Shown here: one piece after another, positions 9,867 to 20,136 of the stretch
Numbering within the stretch: position 1 is the first letter of the stretch
How the letters are laid out: every line of letters begins with the position of its first letter
The notes under the pieces: model-generated
Told to the model about the DNA's origin: nothing
The model's database searches: none
What the model saw: the letters and a program-made list of their open reading frames with translations, nothing else
From: an uncultured Desulfarculus sp.
Lineage (GTDB): Bacteria; Desulfobacterota; Desulfarculia; Desulfarculales; Desulfarculaceae
DNA: 64,000 bases
Reading direction: 5' to 3'
Assembly: GCA_963665125.2 (NCBI GenBank)
Contig: CAXXUK010000001.1
Coordinates: 3,456,001 to 3,520,000, forward strand
Translations under genes and position numbers: made by a program

Positions 9867-9919
9867 TAAATATCTTAAATTACGTAACAAACATTCTATT
9901 TTAAGAAGCGGGGGACAAG

Positions 9920-10366
9920 ATGGAAGCTCCTAATCGGGCCAGGCCGCAGAAGGTCAGCATAGCGATTAAATTGTTATACGCCGTAGTCGTTCTCGGAGTT
10001 CTTATGACGGTGGTGGTTATGCCGGAGATATTGTCCAATGTTCGCACGGACAGTGGACAACCCCCGGTTGAATCATCGACCGCCGCCATATTTTTCACCG
10101 TGTTCATGGTGCTAATCTACGGCTTCAGCTGTTTTTTAATTTACATGACCGGCAAAGGACACAATTGGGCCAGAATCACCTTGTTGGTGCTTTTCGTGGT
10201 CTATATGCTAATTTACATTCCCGCATTGGTGCAGAGGCTGGAAGTGGCTCCCGGTTCGGCAATGGTGGGTCTGATAATTAACATCGGCCAAGCGGTCGCC
10301 TTGGTACTTCTTTTCCAGAAACCATCGTCCGAATGGTTCAACGAGATGAAGAGCGCAATCAAATAA
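9920..10366 (+). CDS. 4-TM membrane protein
   Basis: Four hydrophobic helices, 'GHNWARI', 'SEWF'; GGGGA RBS. Confidence 0.7.
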   Translation: MEAPNRARPQKVSIAIKLLYAVVVLGVLMTVVVMPEILSNVRTDSGQPPVESSTAAIFFTVFMVLIYGFSCFLIYMTGKGHNWARITLLVLFVVYMLIYIPALVQRLEVAPGSAMVGLIINIGQAVALVLLFQKPSSEWFNEMKSAIK

Positions 10367-13079
10367 GAACTTCGGAGCCGCCGCTTGACAGGGCCCGGTC
10401 TATGGCCTGGGCGATTGTCCGGCGGTCCACGGGTTTCAGGAGCACCTGCTCCACTCCGGCGGTTGCCTTGGTTTCCGGTGTAAGCTGTTCGCTGTAGCCG
10501 GTGCAGATGATCACCGGCACGTCGGCCCTGGTCTCCCGGACAAACCGGGCCAGCTCCAGGCCCGTGATGTGGGGCATCGTGTGGTCGGTGATGACCAGGT
10601 CAAAAGACTCCGGTTCTGATTTGAAGGCCTCCAGGGCCAACCTGGAGTCGCTGAAGGCCTTGACGCTGTGGCCCATGCGCCCAAGGGTCCTTTTGAAAAC
10701 CTCCACCAGCGACTCTTCATCGTCCACGAACAATATCCGGGCCACGTCGGCGGCGGCATCGGCCTTGACCGTAGACGCCGCGACGGGCTCGCCCTGGGCC
10801 AGGGGCAGCAAAATCACCACGTCCGTGCCGGTTTGCCGGTCACTGGTGATTTCCACCCACCCCTGGTGGCCGGTGATGATGCCGTGGACCTCGGCCAACC
10901 CGAGACCGGTTTTCGCGGTATTGTTCCGGGACCGGAAAAATGGCTCAAAGGCCCGCTGGACCGATTCATCATCCATGCCCGGCCCATTGTCGCTGAAGCA
11001 AAGCCTAAAATAGCGTCCGGCGTCCAGACCGGGCATTTCCACCAATTCCCTGCCGCTGATATCCACCAGCGATGTCGAAACGTTTATGATGCCCGGTTCA
11101 CCGGCCAAGGCATCAGTGGAGTTTTGGCACAAATTGAGAAAAACTCGTTGCAATTGGACCGAGTCCACCGGGACGACGGCCTGTTCATGGCCAATTTTCA
11201 TGTCCAACTCGATTTCTTGGGGAAGCACGGATCTGATCTGCCTGACCATATCGGGCAACACCACCGCCATGTCAACCGGGGCGCGTTCGCCCTTGGCATG
11301 CCTGCTGAACGGAGCCAGCCGCCGTACAAGCTCGCGCCCCCTGGCTGCCGCGATAATGCTGCGTTTCAGATATTGTCTGCCGCTTTGCTCATCGCCGCCG
11401 TCGATGTCTTCCAGGGCCAACTCGTTGTATCCGGTTATGGCCGCTAAAATATTGTTGAATTCGTGAGCCACTCCGCCGGCCATGGCTGAAATGGCCTCCA
11501 GGCGCCGCATTTTAGCCAGCCGAGCCTCCATCAGCGACATGCGTTGCTGCTGGTGCTTTCGTTGGGTGATGTCCTCGTAAAGACAGAGCATGCCCCGTGC
11601 GCAGCCGTCGCGGTGGACAATGGGCACCATGTACAGGTTCACATTGATTTCCCCGCCGTCCTTGCGCGTCCGGACCGTTTCCAATTGCAAACCGGCCTCT
11701 TCATGGCTGCCCTGCTTGACCCGCTGGACAAACCGGCCGATCTCCGATGCACCCTCATCCTGGATCAAGGGAGATGGGCATCCCATAATTTCTTGCGCGG
11801 ACCAGCAAAACATTTTTTCGGCTGCTCCGCCCCAGTGTATGACCCGGCCCTGATCATCGAGCACCACAACGGCCAACGGGCTGGCGTCGATAAGCGTCTG
11901 CAGGGTTTCAGTGAAACGTTCCAGGGCGGTCCGGGCCCGGACGGTATCGGTTATATCGGTCAAACAGGCCAGGATTGCCGGTCGGCCGTTCCATTGGGAC
12001 TCCGCCATCCGGCACCGCACCCACATCTCATCCAAAACCGGACCGGCCAGGCGAAACTCGCGGCAATCAGCCTTGTCCGCGGCGGCTTGAAGCTCCGCGG
12101 CCAAATGCCGGTCTTGTGGGGAAACCACATCCAAAAACCCGTTGCCGGCAAGGTCCTCGGCCGACTTGCCGGTCATCTCGGCGGCCGCCGGATTGCCAAA
12201 GCATATCCTGCCGTCCTGGATGATCAGGACACCCTGGCCGATGCCGTTGACTATCTGCTCGTATTGCCTTTCCCCGGCTCGCTTCGGATCGGCCAAGGCA
12301 TGCTCGACAATGTTCTTGTTGCTGAGATCTTCGGTTATGTCCTGAACCATGCCCACGGCCCTGGCGGCGGTTCCCGAGGCATCGAATTCAACCGCCTGGC
12401 CCCGGCCGCTGTAGCAATGCCACGATCCGTCGGCGTGCTTGAAACGTACGGTTACGTCCACATCGGCGCAGCCTTCATCAAGCTTCCGGCGAACCTCCAA
12501 CAGAGTGTCGAGGTCGTCCGGGTGGACCAGCGACCTGAACCCATCGGCTTCGCACTGGACCAGGGAAGGGTCCCAACCGGTCCTGGCAACCCACTTGTGG
12601 CTGAGCACAAACTTGTTGCCTTTAACGTCGTAGTCCCAATAACCATCGGAAATCGCGTCCAAAACAGCGGCCTGTCGCCGTTCATGGGCGGCAGCCCGGG
12701 CTTCGGCCCCGGCCTTGGCCATAGCCGCCCTTACGGTTGCTATCATTTCATTGTGCTGGAAAGGCTTCATCAACAGGCCCAGGGGCTCCAGAGCGGCAAC
12801 CTGCCTAATCAAATCGTCATCAACCTGGGACAGCAGCAAAACCAAACCAACCCCGAACTCCCGCCGCAGACGACCGGCCGGGGTAATTCCCGCGCCGATC
12901 CCCCCGACGTTGATGTTTACCAGGGCCAAATCGGGCCGGGACGCCGCCGCGGCCTCCAGGGCCTGGGTATAGTCGCCCGTTACGCAGACGACCCGGCAGC
13001 CCAGCCCCTCCAGGCTCATGCGCAAATGGCCGCCGACCAGGATGTCGTCTTCGATTATGAGAACAGAATCTTTGGGCAC
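10359..13079 (-). CDS. Hybrid sensor kinase REC-PAS-PAS-PAS-HisKA-HATPase-REC
   Basis: H-box 'AHEFNNIL', N 'NLCQNS', G1 'DNGPGM', 'FEPFF', 'TGLGL'; C-terminal REC 'ITDHTMP'. Confidence 0.9.
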   Translation of the reverse strand: MPKDSVLIIEDDILVGGHLRMSLEGLGCRVVCVTGDYTQALEAAAASRPDLALVNINVGGIGAGITPAGRLRREFGVGLVLLLSQVDDDLIRQVAALEPLGLLMKPFQHNEMIATVRAAMAKAGAEARAAAHERRQAAVLDAISDGYWDYDVKGNKFVLSHKWVARTGWDPSLVQCEADGFRSLVHPDDLDTLLEVRRKLDEGCADVDVTVRFKHADGSWHCYSGRGQAVEFDASGTAARAVGMVQDITEDLSNKNIVEHALADPKRAGERQYEQIVNGIGQGVLIIQDGRICFGNPAAAEMTGKSAEDLAGNGFLDVVSPQDRHLAAELQAAADKADCREFRLAGPVLDEMWVRCRMAESQWNGRPAILACLTDITDTVRARTALERFTETLQTLIDASPLAVVVLDDQGRVIHWGGAAEKMFCWSAQEIMGCPSPLIQDEGASEIGRFVQRVKQGSHEEAGLQLETVRTRKDGGEINVNLYMVPIVHRDGCARGMLCLYEDITQRKHQQQRMSLMEARLAKMRRLEAISAMAGGVAHEFNNILAAITGYNELALEDIDGGDEQSGRQYLKRSIIAAARGRELVRRLAPFSRHAKGERAPVDMAVVLPDMVRQIRSVLPQEIELDMKIGHEQAVVPVDSVQLQRVFLNLCQNSTDALAGEPGIINVSTSLVDISGRELVEMPGLDAGRYFRLCFSDNGPGMDDESVQRAFEPFFRSRNNTAKTGLGLAEVHGIITGHQGWVEITSDRQTGTDVVILLPLAQGEPVAASTVKADAAADVARILFVDDEESLVEVFKRTLGRMGHSVKAFSDSRLALEAFKSEPESFDLVITDHTMPHITGLELARFVRETRADVPVIICTGYSEQLTPETKATAGVEQVLLKPVDRRTIAQAIDRALSSGGSEVLI

Positions 13080-13120
13080 TTACAGACCCTCGCGTTGCCG
13101 GAAAACCTTCAGCCGGCGGT

Positions 13121-15544
13121 TCAATCAATGGTGGAAAAACGAATTACAAATTCCGTACCCTGGCCCCGGTTTATCTGCAATTGTCCCTGCAGTTGCCTTT
13201 CCACCAGGCCACGCACCAGGGTCAGTCCCAGGGTATTGCTTTGCTGTTCGGCGAAATCGCTGATCCCCTTGCCGTTGTCGGCAACCGAAACCTCGGCCAG
13301 GCTTCCGCCGATATCCCTGGCGTTGATGACAATGGTGCCCCCGACGCCGTTAAAGGCATGCTTCAAGGAATTTGTCAGCAGTTCATTGAGCACCAGGCCA
13401 AACGACATGGCCTTGTCCAGGTCCAGTTGAATCGAATCGGCGGCTATATTCCACCGCACATTGCTGGCGGTGCTGTCAAAGGCCTGCTTGAGGCCTCCGC
13501 ACAAACGCCGAATATATTGTTCCATGTCCAACACGGCGATATTGTCCGTCTGGTACAGCGTCTCATGCACCAGGCTCATGGCGGAGATGCGTCTTTCGAC
13601 TTCCTGCAGGATCTTTTCCACGCCAGGATCGCTGAGTTTACTGGCCTGCATCCAGAGCAGACTCTGGATAACCTGCATGTTGTTCTTGACCCGATGATGA
13701 ATTTCCCTGAGCAGAATTTCCTTTTCGGCCAACGCGTCCTGCAGGCGCTGTTCATACCTTGTGCGCTGGGTAATGTCGCGCATGATGGCCATCATCACAT
13801 CGGGCAAGCCGTCGCCCCCCCATTTCAAGGTGGAGATGGATATCTCCATTGCGACTAGGTTGTTTTTTTTATCGCGCAGGGGCCATTCACCGCGCCAAAA
13901 ACCCTTTGAGGCGACCTGGGAATGGGCGTCTTCGGCAAAACCAACGAACATGTCCTCATCCAGGTGGGCAATCAAGGTGGATTGGCCGATTAGGTCCTTG
14001 GCCTCGGAGCCGAACATCTTTTGGGCGGCCGGGTTGGCGTCCAGGATTACTCTATCGCGGTCCAAGATAACGATGGGGTCCATGGAATTTTCATATAGGG
14101 CCTGAAAATACCAACGCCGCTCGGCGATTTCCTTTTCCGCCCGGCGAATGCCGGTGATATCGCTGACCAGTATATCGATTCGCGCCGGGGACCGGCCCAA
14201 GGCGGGAGAATACCTGGCCCGGCTGCGCACCATGCGCTGCGACCCGTCCCGGGACACCACGCGATGCTCCCATTGGGCGCTGCCCGACTGGCACAACTCA
14301 TCAATCCCCTTCTCAACGAACCGGCGGTCCTCCGGATGAACAAGCTCCAACAAATTAAAGTCGCCCGTCGTGTTTATCATCTCGGACAGACCCAGGATTT
14401 CGTCCGCTGCATGGTTGGAAAACAGGACATGTTTGAAATCAGCGGTCAGCGAGACCACGGCTTCATCCATGCTGCTGAAAATGCTGTGCAAAAGCTGGCG
14501 GTTTTCACTGAGTTCCCTGGCCGAGGCCCTGCTTTCGGTATTATCGGTCAGTAAAAAAACAGTGCCTTCAAACGAGCCGTCTTGATCCCTGAGCCTGGCC
14601 GGAGAGATGCGAAGGCTCACCTCGTCCCCTTTCGGCCTGACAAAGCTGTCTATTTCCAAAGGCTGAAGATTGGCGGCGTCCTTATCGGCGGCGCTCAGAA
14701 AAATCCTAACCAGGGGTTCTGATTTCAGCCCGGCCAAGGCCCGCCGCAAGTCGCTGCCCACATCCAGTTGACCGGCGCTTAGCCCCAATATCCTCCGGAA
14801 CTGGCTGTTGACGAAGATCACCGTCAAGGAGGCATCGACCACCAACAGGCCCTCGGCCATGGTGTTGGCCGAAAGCCGGTATATCCTCTCCCGGGCCGTC
14901 AACACCTGCTGGGCGGACTCCAACTCCTGCCGCTGGGTCTGAAAATAAAGAACGAGCAGGCTGATGCCGATCCAGGAGGCAATAACGCCGGTGGCCAGCC
15001 AGCCCCATTGGGCAAACCAGATCTCGTCCATGTAAAGCGGCCCTGCCGTGGCCAGCAACACCCCGGCAAATATTATGGCCATTCCCGAGCTTACCCGGGA
15101 GATGCGGTCCAGGCCTTCGGCGCCGATCAACACCGAGCCTCCGCAAAAGCAGATATAGGCCAAGGACAAATATGCCGGCATTGAACCGACCATGAAACCC
15201 AGGTGCAACTGATTCGCCGTGGCCACCCAGCCGAAAGCCAGGGCCATAACGGCAATGGTCCAAACGGGATATTTTTTCCCCGCCAGGGAGTAACAGCCGG
15301 CAACGATAAAGATCAAGCTCAGGGCAAAGGTGACTGTATAGGCAGCGATTACAGCTGAATACGAATCGCCAAAGGAAGGGGGCAACAGGATCAACAGACA
15401 GTACCGCAACAGGGCCAAACCCCAGCCGATGGTCCACATGGCCAGATGCCTTTGACGGTGCATGGCCCATAGGTGCAGGTGAACTACAAACAGAATCAAC
15501 ATGGCCGCCAAACCGGCAACCATTCTTGGGGCAGTCAAATCCAT
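13121..15544 (-). CDS. Membrane-bound PAS sensor histidine kinase, HisKA_2/HWE-type
   Basis: ~7 TM N-terminus, 3 PAS, 'EIHHRVKNNMQ', 'ELLTNSLKHAF', 'DNGKG', 'LGLTLV'; start may be 15568. Confidence 0.88.
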   Translation of the reverse strand: MDLTAPRMVAGLAAMLILFVVHLHLWAMHRQRHLAMWTIGWGLALLRYCLLILLPPSFGDSYSAVIAAYTVTFALSLIFIVAGCYSLAGKKYPVWTIAVMALAFGWVATANQLHLGFMVGSMPAYLSLAYICFCGGSVLIGAEGLDRISRVSSGMAIIFAGVLLATAGPLYMDEIWFAQWGWLATGVIASWIGISLLVLYFQTQRQELESAQQVLTARERIYRLSANTMAEGLLVVDASLTVIFVNSQFRRILGLSAGQLDVGSDLRRALAGLKSEPLVRIFLSAADKDAANLQPLEIDSFVRPKGDEVSLRISPARLRDQDGSFEGTVFLLTDNTESRASARELSENRQLLHSIFSSMDEAVVSLTADFKHVLFSNHAADEILGLSEMINTTGDFNLLELVHPEDRRFVEKGIDELCQSGSAQWEHRVVSRDGSQRMVRSRARYSPALGRSPARIDILVSDITGIRRAEKEIAERRWYFQALYENSMDPIVILDRDRVILDANPAAQKMFGSEAKDLIGQSTLIAHLDEDMFVGFAEDAHSQVASKGFWRGEWPLRDKKNNLVAMEISISTLKWGGDGLPDVMMAIMRDITQRTRYEQRLQDALAEKEILLREIHHRVKNNMQVIQSLLWMQASKLSDPGVEKILQEVERRISAMSLVHETLYQTDNIAVLDMEQYIRRLCGGLKQAFDSTASNVRWNIAADSIQLDLDKAMSFGLVLNELLTNSLKHAFNGVGGTIVINARDIGGSLAEVSVADNGKGISDFAEQQSNTLGLTLVRGLVERQLQGQLQINRGQGTEFVIRFSTID

Positions 15545-15851
15545 TACAGACCTTTGGTTTCCAAACAAGGCATTTAGGTGCAGACGGTACCCAGGTCTTT
15601 CAGCTAAGTTTTTAGAATATCACAAGCGCGTTTACAACAACTCCTTTAATTACTCAGTTTTGCCAATGCATACATTGACCAAGGGCAGGCGGATATTGTC
15701 TCGACCTTAAACAATTAGACCATTTGATTGTTTAAGATTAAGGCGGAAGAAAACGGCAGGAAAAGCAAAAGCAAACAAGAGGCCGATTTTCGTCGGCGCC
15801 GCAAGGCCCTCGGGTTTGGGAGACGCCTCCGTAGACCGGCTATTAACGGAA

Positions 15852-15893
15852 ATGAAAATAAATCAGGCTCCGGCCATTGCGCGGAGCCCGATT
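15852..15893 (-). terminator. Terminator after usp gene
   Basis: aatc-ggctccg/cggagcc-gatt stem followed on the minus strand by ttattttcattt. Confidence 0.5.
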
Positions 15894-15898
15894 CAAAT

Positions 15899-16372
15899 TT
15901 AACTCACGACCCACACCGCGCAGTCCCTGGCCTGGTGAACAACCTGGGCGGATACGGACCCGTACAAAAACTCCTCGGCCTTTGAAAGACCCCGGCGGCC
16001 CACCACCACCGTGCCGAAACCGTAACGCTTCTGATATTCAATCAGCGACTCGCCCACCGACACCCCCGAGGATTCGATCAGCTCATAGGAAATATTGTCG
16101 CCGGGGATTCCGGCATCCTTCAACAGGTCTCTGGCCTGGGACAGGACTTCGGTCATCTCCTCCCTGCGGCGCAGATCCTCCTTGGTGCGGGAGCCCTGGT
16201 CGGGGAAATTGTCACGGCTGGGCGGCTGATGCACCGAGACTATCTTGATCTGGCAGTTGCTGGACCCGCCCAGCACGGCGGCCACGAAGTTAACCGCCGA
16301 CAGGCTCTTGATAGTGTTGTCTATACCCAAAAGAATCCTGTTCCAAATTAAGACGGTTGGACCTTGAGTCAT
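15899..16372 (-). CDS. Universal stress protein
   Basis: 'RILLGID', 'TVVVGRRG...GSVSAQVVH...AVWVV'. Confidence 0.9.
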   Translation of the reverse strand: MTQGPTVLIWNRILLGIDNTIKSLSAVNFVAAVLGGSSNCQIKIVSVHQPPSRDNFPDQGSRTKEDLRRREEMTEVLSQARDLLKDAGIPGDNISYELIESSGVSVGESLIEYQKRYGFGTVVVGRRGLSKAEEFLYGSVSAQVVHQARDCAVWVVS

Positions 16373-17334
16373 GCGGCTACCTCCTCGGGCGGCGGCAACT
16401 TGTCCATCGCCGGGCGCAGTTCGGCGAGCAGTTCATCGACATGCTCGTAGAACACCGGCGTGGCCGCCGCGAAGTGCATCAACACGCGGTTGAGTTCGTC
16501 GGGTAAATAAGGATACACCTTGCGAAGATTAAAAATCCGGTGCGGCAGGACCAGCGACATGTCCTCCGGCCCAATCCGGCTCAGGGCTTCGGGATTGGAT
16601 TGCTTAAGGGAATGGGTTGTTGGTATGCCCGCGCCGATCACATAACAAACCACGTTGCCCAAGCCGAAAAGATCCAGGCCGTACGGGCTGATCATCGCCT
16701 CGTAATTGTAATCAAAGTCGATCCAGCGCCAGAAGCCGGTTTCCCTTTCCACGAAAAGATGATCGCGCCTGATATCGCCATGACGCTCACCCCTGTCGTG
16801 TAAAAAGCCAATGGCCTCGATGCTGGTGGTCAGCTTGCTCAGCAAAGCCGGAAGGCGGCGGTTCATGTATTGCTGGTGGCTCAAGCCCATATCCTCCAGA
16901 TCCAATACAAATGGTTTGCCGCGAATGCGCTCGATAACCCGAACTGCATTCTGGGCCTTGTCGTATAGGGTCTCGCCTTGCATGAAAAACGGGTTGCCGT
17001 GGACGATATCGAGTATGCGCGATTCTTTCATGGGGCTGCGAAAACGCCTGATGCGCACCCCCCCCAAGGACAGATCGAACTCTTCGAAAAAAACCAGCTT
17101 GATGACCTTTTCTGAACCGTCAAACAGGTCAACACCCGTCTTGACCCATGGCTTTGGTTCATCATCAAGCCCGAAGCGGCCCTCGAACATGTGGCCCCTT
17201 ATTACAAACAGCCGGTCTTGGAATTCCAGCACATCGCCGCGGTCGATATTCATCCATTGGCTGGTGTCGCGAATAACATTCAGTTTAGGTATCTTGGAGC
17301 GAAGGAGTTCCTCGGCCCGCTTTTTGACATCCAT
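16369..17334 (-). CDS. Ser/Thr protein kinase-like protein
   Basis: 'KVIK' Lys, catalytic loop 'HGDIRRDH', 'IDFD', 'DLFGLG'. Confidence 0.75.
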   Translation of the reverse strand: MDVKKRAEELLRSKIPKLNVIRDTSQWMNIDRGDVLEFQDRLFVIRGHMFEGRFGLDDEPKPWVKTGVDLFDGSEKVIKLVFFEEFDLSLGGVRIRRFRSPMKESRILDIVHGNPFFMQGETLYDKAQNAVRVIERIRGKPFVLDLEDMGLSHQQYMNRRLPALLSKLTTSIEAIGFLHDRGERHGDIRRDHLFVERETGFWRWIDFDYNYEAMISPYGLDLFGLGNVVCYVIGAGIPTTHSLKQSNPEALSRIGPEDMSLVLPHRIFNLRKVYPYLPDELNRVLMHFAAATPVFYEHVDELLAELRPAMDKLPPPEEVAA

Positions 17335-17427
17335 CGTTGCTCCAATGCGGAGGTGTTGCTTTCCTTTATTGTAGCACCATGTTCCCCGCGGACGTCAGGG
17401 GCGTCGCGTACCGCGTTTGACCAAATG

Positions 17428-20037
17428 TTATTTCTTGTCCAAAACCTTTCTTACCAGCTCCAGCATGCTGGCAAGGCGGAATGGTTTCTGGATATAGGCC
17501 TCGGCCCCCAGCACCTTGACCTTGTCGGCTTCCTCCATGGCCGAATAGCCGCTGGCGATTATCACCGGCAGATCCGGCTGGCGTTGTTTGAGTATCTCCA
17601 GCGTGCGGCGACCGCCGATGCCCGGCATGCCCAGATCCAATAAAACCAAATCGATTTTTCCGGCATGTTCAATGTGCATTTCCAAGGCGGTCTCGCCGCT
17701 GGAGGCATGCATTACCCGGTAGCCGACTTCCGTCAACGCGGCCGCCGCAACATCGGCGACGGCGTATTCATCGTCAACCAGCAAGATCGTTTCGCTTCCG
17801 CCGGTTAGTTTTGCAGGATCGTGCCTTATTTTTTTCTTTCTAACCTCGCCGTGGCTTGTCGCCGGAATATACACCGAGAAAACGGTTCCCTCGCCCGGCT
17901 CGCTTTGGCATTGAATGGCCCCGCCGTGGGATCTGACTATTCCGTATACGGTGGCCAGTCCAAGTCCGGTTCCGCCGCCAATGCCTTTGGTGGTAAAAAA
18001 CGGCTCAAAGACATGCTGGATGACCTCCCTGCCCATGCCCTTGCCGGTGTCGGCCACCCGCAGCACCGCATAGCGGCCCGGCGCGAGATCAAGATTGTTC
18101 GCCGCGATTGACTCCTGATCCATTTTCAGGTTTTCGGTGGAAATGGTGATCCTGCCTCCATCGGGCATCGCGTCTCTTGAATTGGCGGCCAGATTCAAAA
18201 GGATCTGCTCCATCTGAATAGGATTGCCTTTGACAAACCAGATCTCCCGAGTCAATTCCAATTTTATTTCAACCATCTTCGGTATTGTGCGCTCCAATAG
18301 CGCCGCAACCTGCTTGACCTCGAAATTAAGGTCGAGGGGCCCCATGTCGCCTTCCATTTTGCGGCTGAAGGTAAGCAGTTGGCCCACCAATCCCGTGGCC
18401 CGCTCAAGGGCGGAATCCATCAGGTCAAGGCGAACGCGCTCGGCCTCCTTGATGTCCTTTGACGACCACAACAACTGTACGCTGCCATGTAATACCTGAA
18501 GAATATTATTGAAATCGTGGGCAATGCCCCCGGCCAGGGTGCCGATGGCCTCCATCTTCTGGGAATGACGCAATTGCACCTCGAGTTGGGACCGTTCAGC
18601 CTCATCCCGCAGACGCTGGCTGATGTCGCGCATCAGGATCACCAAACCGTTGATGGCGCCATCCGTGGCTTCCAGCTTGGATATGACCACTTCCATGGGA
18701 ACGGTTGTCCCGTCCTTGCGCTTGAAATTCCATTCGCCCCGCCACGAGCTTTTTTCCGAGAGCTTGTGCAGGGTCAATTCACCAAGGGCCAGAAACTTTT
18801 CCCTGGAGGTGTGGATCAGTTCGGTGGACCGCCCGAGCACCTCTTCCCGCTCATAGCCGAACTCATCGACAAACGCCTTGTTGCAGTCGGTTATGTAGCG
18901 GTCCTTATCCAACGACAAAACCGTATCCGCCGAGCTGTCCAAAATAGCCCGCAGGTGTTGTTCGCTGCTGACGAGGGCCGCCTCGCGGTTGCGCACCGCT
19001 TCGGCCATGATCTGGAATGTCGAACTAAGATCTTGAAATTCCTTAAATATAGCTACTGGAGGAGCAAGCTCCTGATTTCCTTCGGCCAGGCGCGCCGAAT
19101 TGACGACCAGCCAGGATATGGGCCGTTGGACGATCCACAAGCTCCATAGGCCGACCAGAAACGCCAGCAACACGATGATAAGCATGCCGGCCCAGGTTAA
19201 ATTGCTCATTTTGCGCACCGAGGCAAATGCCTCTTCCATGGGCTGCGCCACGATAACGGGCCATCCGGTCAACTGCACCAGGGCCACGCTGCCCAGCATT
19301 TCCCGGCCATCGTCTTTAAAGGTGAATAATCCCTTGTTGCCGTTCAAGGCCCAGGAGGCTATGGGCAGGGATTTCAGGTTGCGCCGCTCATCCACCACCC
19401 GGGGGTCGGTGTGAGCCACGGCGGCGCCCCTGTCGTCGATGATGGCACTGTAACCGCCCTTTCCAAGCTGCACGGCCGCGGCGACTTCCGAAAGTCTTGA
19501 CAAATTTATGTAACCGATCAGCGTGCCGCTACTCAAAGGCAAGCTCATGGTCAGAGTCGGTTTGCCGGTTCGGGGCGAAATAAATGTATCCGACCACAGG
19601 GGCAGCACCTCATCGCCGGTTTTCACCGCGGCGTGCTTGGACCAATCCAGCCCCAACAGGTCAGCGAAGTACGGCGCCAGATGGATGACTTTGCCCGATT
19701 TGTCCAGCACCATGATCATGTTGAAGAATTCGGGGTGATGGTTAATGCGGGAAGCCAGATAACCATTGATTTCGTCATCTTCGATGAACCCGCGCTCCAT
19801 CAGATGGCTTCTTGTCTCCAGCATGATATCCCTGGAGCGAAGCAGCAGTCCGTCCACCGTTGTCGCCAAGGTCTGGGCAAGGGTATAGTTTCGCAGCGAA
19901 ATGTCCTCGCTCATCGTTTCGATGGTCGTGTGTCCCAAAATACCCACCAGCGACAACGGCAGGACGCCGACCAACACGATGAACAAAGTCAATATGTGGC
20001 TGAGCCGAAAACGAAAACGTAGGTCGCGGGAAGACAT
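17428..20037 (-). CDS. Hybrid sensor kinase dCache-HAMP-PAS-HisKA-HATPase-REC
   Basis: Two TMs flanking a Cache-like region; 'QKMEAIGTLAGGIAHDFNN'; 'FEPFFTTK..GTGLGL'; REC 'LLDLGMP'. Confidence 0.9.
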   Translation of the reverse strand: MSSRDLRFRFRLSHILTLFIVLVGVLPLSLVGILGHTTIETMSEDISLRNYTLAQTLATTVDGLLLRSRDIMLETRSHLMERGFIEDDEINGYLASRINHHPEFFNMIMVLDKSGKVIHLAPYFADLLGLDWSKHAAVKTGDEVLPLWSDTFISPRTGKPTLTMSLPLSSGTLIGYINLSRLSEVAAAVQLGKGGYSAIIDDRGAAVAHTDPRVVDERRNLKSLPIASWALNGNKGLFTFKDDGREMLGSVALVQLTGWPVIVAQPMEEAFASVRKMSNLTWAGMLIIVLLAFLVGLWSLWIVQRPISWLVVNSARLAEGNQELAPPVAIFKEFQDLSSTFQIMAEAVRNREAALVSSEQHLRAILDSSADTVLSLDKDRYITDCNKAFVDEFGYEREEVLGRSTELIHTSREKFLALGELTLHKLSEKSSWRGEWNFKRKDGTTVPMEVVISKLEATDGAINGLVILMRDISQRLRDEAERSQLEVQLRHSQKMEAIGTLAGGIAHDFNNILQVLHGSVQLLWSSKDIKEAERVRLDLMDSALERATGLVGQLLTFSRKMEGDMGPLDLNFEVKQVAALLERTIPKMVEIKLELTREIWFVKGNPIQMEQILLNLAANSRDAMPDGGRITISTENLKMDQESIAANNLDLAPGRYAVLRVADTGKGMGREVIQHVFEPFFTTKGIGGGTGLGLATVYGIVRSHGGAIQCQSEPGEGTVFSVYIPATSHGEVRKKKIRHDPAKLTGGSETILLVDDEYAVADVAAAALTEVGYRVMHASSGETALEMHIEHAGKIDLVLLDLGMPGIGGRRTLEILKQRQPDLPVIIASGYSAMEEADKVKVLGAEAYIQKPFRLASMLELVRKVLDKK

Positions 20038-20136
20038 CTTATTGCAAACCTTTTGCTGAATCCGTCTTGATCTTCCCCCCCGAAATGCCAAGCCGCCGTT
20101 ATGCCCGCAACTCTAACGAGTTGCAAACGGCTTTGG

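Noticed and set aside
11544..13430. 628-aa plus-strand ORF
   Set aside because: Antisense shadow of two motif-rich kinases; no recognisable domain
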